DNA from: a bacterium
Lineage (GTDB): Bacteria; UBA6262; WVXT01
Direction: 5' to 3'
Assembly: GCA_046759165.1 (NCBI GenBank)
Contig: JBHIBS010000015.1
Location: 1-39,976 of the forward strand
DNA length: 39,976 nucleotides
In this document: in pieces, positions 34,472-39,976 of the stretch
How the letters are laid out: every line of letters begins with the position of its first letter
Position numbering within the stretch: position 1 is the first letter of the stretch
Translations under genes and position numbers: made by a program
Notes under the pieces: model-generated
The model's input: only the letters and a program-made list of their open reading frames with translations
Database searches by the model: none
Told to the model about the DNA's origin: nothing

Positions 34472-37400
34472 ATGGTTAAATTTTGCAGAAAGTTATTATT
34501 GTTAAGCTTTCTGATATTGGGTATATATTGGGTATTATGTCTTCTTTTCTATATGCTGACACTTATACAATGTTAAAACTTGACAGCTATCCTGTAGCTG
34601 GAAGCACCGATGTAACCAAGGGGGTCGAGTTCAAAATTAAGGTTACGGCCTGTAATGAGGATGGAGAGAAAATTACAGAGAATACTATTGGCTGGAACTA
34701 TGCTAAGTCTGCCCATATATATTACGAGTCTTCTGACACTGAAGCTCAAATAATGGATGTAGTAGGGAATTGGGTATCGCTTAATGGCTATGCTACACGT
34801 TTAGAAGGAGATGCTGAAAGGATCGATAGAGTTAAACTGAACACCGTCGGAGAAAAACGAATTACTTTTTTTCAAGATGAGAATTATGTATCGGGTATAC
34901 TTCCTGGATATTGCGATTTTTATGTTCATAATCATGTAGACTATTTCGAGATAATTATTCCTTCTGAACAGAAGACGACAGGAGTGCCTTTTGCCATCGA
35001 GATTTACGCTAAGGATATTGATAGAAATCTAGCAAAGACATTTGATGATGATATCCAAATCTGGGCAGTTATGGTGCCAGACTATCCTTCCGAACCAGCG
35101 ATGGTTCCCGACGCCCTTACTGGAGCTTCATTCACCAACGGTAAAGCCACAATCTCAGTTACAATTTATGGTTCCCATCCCGTCTCTCGCCTCGTTAAGA
35201 TAAAATGCGAAAATACAGTTATGCATGGTGGTTATTACGCAAAAGGAGAGAGTGATGACTTCGGGATAGGCCCAAATTCTTATGAAAACATTCTTTTACT
35301 TGCTCCCGGGGAAGAGCATAGACCAGGTACATTGATAGGAGATGGAAAGGAGTATTCTCCAGGTACTCAAACAGCAGGTGAGGCTTTTAATGTAACAGTT
35401 TATACGGTGGACGAATATTGGAATCCAGTGCCTATGCCAGTTGCAATAGATTTTTCTTCCAGTGATAGTGAGGCTACATTGCCCCCTCCGGGCTCGGATA
35501 TGGATACAAATCCTAAAACTTTTTCTATAACTCTGAGGAAAGCAGGCTTAGGCGAACAGTGGATAAAGGTAACCGAAGCTACAAAGGAGAGTGTGAGCAT
35601 AATTCCAGTTCTCCCGGCAGAAATTGACCATTTCGAGTTTGATGAAGATATCGAAAGCCCACAAAAGACTACAGAGGCATTTGAAGTAAAAATGACAGCC
35701 TATGATGCCTATCAGAACGTGACAGACTATGATGGAGAAGCAATTGTCGATTCTGACATAGGACCTCAGTACATAATTCCAGATACCGCATCTTTCACAG
35801 ACGGAGAAGCAACTGTCTGGATGCAGGTAACTAAGATGGGTTACGTCGAGCTTTCAGTTACTGATGGGACCCATATCGGCTGGAGCAACAAATTCTTTGT
35901 TGATTCTGGTGATTTCAGTAGACTTCTGGTGCTTCTCGACGGGGAGATCCACACTCCAGGTCTAGGAGATGGAAAGGACGGTTCCCCGAAACCCATCTAT
36001 GCCGGGTATGTGAGTACAGCGACCATTCTGGCTTGCGATGACTGGTGGAATCCCAAATCGCTCGCGGTAGAAATAACTGAAATTACCTCTGATACTGGAT
36101 ATATCGAGCCCCCGGCGCTTCCGTTTACCTTGGGAAGCGATGGGACCGGTGAATGTTTGGTAAAATTCCGCACTGCTTATGATGTGGCGTTGGGAAACTA
36201 TGAACCACAGACAATAAGTGTTACTGGTGGTGGGATAAGTGGTATAAGCAGCCCAATTACAGTTTATCCTGGACCTTACGAAAAGTTAGTGCTCGCTGCT
36301 CCCAATGAGAAGCTGGATCCAGGCTCATTTGCTTCGGATGGGAAGAGTAGCGGTCCTCCCCTTTCACAAGTTGCTGGCAACCCGTTCACCTTGAAGGTAG
36401 CTGCCACAGATGCTTACTGGAATCCCGTACAGAGCGGGTATCCTGACATCATATATTTTGATTCAGGAGATACTCACGAACTCGTGGAATTTGCAGGATT
36501 GCCTAAGGGACTGCTGTAAGTATGGAAGCCAGAATAAAAGATTTCTCCGCCACTCTAATTACACTTGCTTCTCCTCAGTGGGTGGAAGTAACTGATGGAG
36601 CCAAGGACGACCTTGTTAACATTCCTGTGACGCACGGTCTACTCGACCACTTTGAGTTCGACACCGTTACAGTCAATCCCACTGCCGGTGATACTATTTA
36701 CAATGTCGCCATTACTGCCCAGGACCAATACGATAACACAATGGAAAGCTTCAACGAAACAGCCACGCTATTGTCAACGACTGGAGAAAATACATTTGTT
36801 CCTACAACTGCACCCTTTATTAATGGACAATCTATACTTAATGTAATAATTTATAAGGCACATAGCAATGTAAAACTGACATGTAATTATGGCGGCAAAT
36901 TAGGGGGAGAGCAACCCGTTTAATGTAAATGCAGGACCTTATGCAAAGCTTGTTCTTCTTCTTCCTCCACAAATCCACGAGCCCGGTAACACAGTGACAC
37001 AAGGAAAGAGTGGTACACCATTCCCCTATAAAGTAGGTAATCCTGCCGTAGAAAGCATAGTTTATGCTGTTGACGAATACTGGAATAGGGTTCATCCTCC
37101 CGACCCTGAGCCTAAGGTAGAGATTACCACAGACCATTACCTGAGTGTGGAACCAGCTAATCCTCAGAGAATGAGTAATGGTGAGGTTACTTTCTGGACA
37201 ACCCTTAAAACAGCAGCCACCGGACAGATATTAGTTGCCACAGATATTGGAACTGGCATCAATGATAGTAGTACGATCGATGTAAATCCAGAAGATTTCG
37301 CTAAATTGCAAATAATTGCCCCTGGTGAGATTCCAGACCCCGGAAGCGACCTGGGAAAAACAGGGAGCATTCAATATCAGGCAGCGGGGGTGAGTTTCGA

Positions 37401-39873
37401 CGTAATAGTTAGAGCGGTTGATCAATACTGGAATTTAGTCCCTACCATAAATGGAGAGAGTGTCGATTTAATTTCTCAGACAGACACCGGTCTTGATAGC
37501 AGACACACGCCTAGGCCCTTCGTAGAAGGCATAACAAGCTTTACGATATGGCTTGATGGAAACAATGAAGATATAGACATCACTGCATTAAATCGAGACC
37601 CTCCTCCCTTCGTGGAGGAGGATACAGTAATGATTCATGTCGAGAGAGGCTATAAATATATGATACAAGTACCCACCTTCTGTATAGCCGGAAACCTTTC
37701 CACAAATGTATTTTCCATGACAGTCAAATTGATAGATGAAAATGGGAATACAGTGTCAGATGCCCACAACTGGTTTGAGATGACTCCCTGCTTGGCGAAG
37801 GAGCGCTCTCCTACTACAAATCCAGAAGGCCTGGGAGTGAAAGAGTATAAATTAACCGATGGAGTTGCCACTTTTGACCAGAGTTATGACATAGTAGAAA
37901 GAATCTCTATAGCCGTAAGTGACAGTTTTGGGAGAGGACCTGTGTTCAGCTCTGCCATAGATGTTCGTGAGACGGGGTTGAGGTACAGAGTGGATGTGCC
38001 TTCTCAAGCTACTGCGGGGAAGGTATTTGAGATGAATATAAGCCTGATCGACATCGGAACCGGGAATGTAGTGCCCACCAGGGATAGGGAAGTGACTCTG
38101 GTGCCCGCTTCTAGCGCAGACCCTGCCAGAGGGGGGCGTCTTTATGTCAGTAGGCTGGGGCTATCCAAAGGCACATGCAAGATTATTAATCAGTGGTACA
38201 CAAAGGCAGAAACAATTTCCATAATAGCTTCTGATGCCGAAACTTATGATCCAGCGGCAGAGTCCAATTCGAGCTCTCCTTTCAAGGTTCTACCAGGCGA
38301 ACTGAAGAAGCTGCAGATTTTAGCCCCTGGGGAGGAACCCAGGCCGGGCGAGATAGCCTATATTGAGACTGGTAAGGATAGTAGCAACATTCAGGTTCAG
38401 GGAGCTGAAATCGATTTTCCAGTCACAATCCAGGCTGTGGACCAGTATTGGAATGTAGTCGATTTCGATAGAGGGACTGCTTATCTCTCTTCCGATGGCT
38501 CTTTCAGTTCCAATCCGGTTAAATCTTCGTTTACTTACGGTATGGCGACTTACATCGTTACTCTCCATCAAGTGGGTTCCTCTTTCACTCTCAAGGCGGA
38601 AGCTGAAAGCCCAGCCGGCTTAGAACCCCAATCTGTTACCATTCCAATGGAAGCAGCTATTTACAAGATTGCAAGCACTGCCTCCAGTGCCAGAACCATA
38701 GACTCATTTAAATTGATTATTGAACTTGTTAATCCCGAGACACTTGAGCTTAAAAACGGGGCAAACAACCTATTCACCTTGACTCCCTGTACAGTTGATT
38801 ATGAAGATGCATCCGGCAAATTGACAAAAACGGGAGGGTCATCAGTGTTGGACAACGGGTATGCAGAGATCTGGGTAAACTATGATACAGTGGAAAAGAT
38901 CCGCATCAGGGTAACTGATAGCTTTGGTCGTCCTCCAGCATATACTGACCCTATAGGCGTCCAGCCACTGGGACTATGCTATGACTTAGAGGCTTCTGGG
39001 AAGCTCGAAGCGGATAAAGAATTTCCTCTTACGGTGAAATTAATTGATACCGGAGCCGGAAACCCGGTCACTCCCAAGGAATATGCGAGACAGGTAAAAT
39101 TGGTTTCCTGTTATTCTTTAGATGGGAAGCCGGCTGAGGGAGAATTGAAGAAAAAAAGTCTATACTTAGAAGGAGGGACAACAACTATCCTTGAGAGTTA
39201 TAATCTTGCTGAAGATATCTATATCGAAGCTTCCGACGCCCAAGTCTACAATCCTCCATCTGCAGTCGGGCGAACTGGCGACATTGAAGTTACTGGTGCG
39301 CCAGTAACGGTAATGGAATTGGAAGGGGTCTATAATGAAATAAATGGCGCACTATTTATAAAAGCTAGTACAATTATAATTTTACATTGCGTATCTGTTA
39401 TCAAGGCAGAGGGAATCCGTTTTAGCATTAATGGTGCCGGCTGGGAAACTTATGTGGGCCCATTTGCTCTTCCTCCAGGACGCCAAGTTGTCCGGTATTA
39501 CGGAATAGATAAGTACGGACATAAGGAGGAGATAAATCAGAGCAAGACAATCTACGTCTCTTTCTTCAGCGGTGGCGTGGATGGAGTCCGCAATCGACCC
39601 AATCCGTTCCGTGCAGGTAAAGAGGCTACCCTGATAGAATATAATCTCGAGCAACCTTCCAATGTGACAATTACAATTTATGATCTCCTCGGTCAAGAAG
39701 TCTGGCATAAGAGTTATCCGCAAGGAGAAAATGGTGGTAAGAAAGTGAATAGCGTTCCCTGGGATGGAAGGAACCTCTCTGGGGAAGTGGTGGCAAATGG
39801 AGGTTATATCTGTCGCATCTGGATTGAGAGAGAAAAGAGGCATATAGTAAGGAAGATTGCTGTTGCCAAATAG
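34472..39873 (+). pseudogene. Single ~1796-aa secreted beta-repeat protein with C-terminal FlgD-Ig/T9SS-CTD-like domain, interrupted by three frameshifts
   Basis: ORFs 34483-36519, 36522-36923 and 36994-39873 join into one repeat-continuous frame after removing one copy of an 11-bp duplication (34514-34535), adding 1 nt near 36507-36509 and removing 1 G at 36903-36907; ends NRPNPF...ITIYDLLGQEV...WDGRN..G..VANGGY. Confidence 0.8.
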
Positions 39874-39889
39874 AAAGTAGGGGAAGAGA

Positions 39890-39976
39890 ATGGAAAAGCG
39901 GGTTTTTAGACTATTTCTTGTTTCGGTGTTAATTTTTGGGATAGAGTGGCAACTTGCCAGGGCAGACAATTACTAC
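39890..39976 (+). CDS. N-terminus of another secreted protein (runs off the window end)
   Basis: RBS AGGGGAAG; MEKRVFRLFLVSVLIFGIEWQLARA|DNYY signal-peptide-like; frame open to the window end. Confidence 0.65.
   Translation, partial: MEKRVFRLFLVSVLIFGIEWQLARADNYY

Overview
Bacterial chromosomal segment with almost all genes on the + strand, mostly housekeeping. Gene order: purA; a GAF/HD-GYP phosphodiesterase; a lexA - small protein - Y-family polymerase cassette; pyrR-B-C-K-D-F-E; DUF1015; a TPR protein; ispE-spoVG-tRNA-Gln-glmU-prs-rplY-pth; an ion-transporter permease; DUF502; a membrane pyrophosphatase; ychF; rpsF-ssb-rpsR-rplI-dnaB-alr; an HpcH aldolase; pdxA-rsmA; an M23 peptidase; a very large secreted repeat protein broken by three frameshifts; and the start of another secreted protein. 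Lineage cannot be fixed from this window. The main points of interest are: (1) two diverged copies of a ~210-nt non-coding element whose helices are kept by compensatory and G-U changes, a candidate unannotated structured RNA or non-autonomous element; (2) a mosaic of intergenic repeats (GTAG-type REP hairpins, an inverted-repeat family, a 38-bp motif in three copies), some supplying stop codons or gene ends; (3) a minimal SOS mutagenesis cassette with a candidate LexA box inside a perfect sigma70 promoter; (4) a ~1796-aa surface-protein gene behind a four-repeat Pho-box-like array, restorable by removing an 11-bp duplication and fixing two compensating single-base slips. All alignments and helices were read by eye; no searches or folding programs were run.
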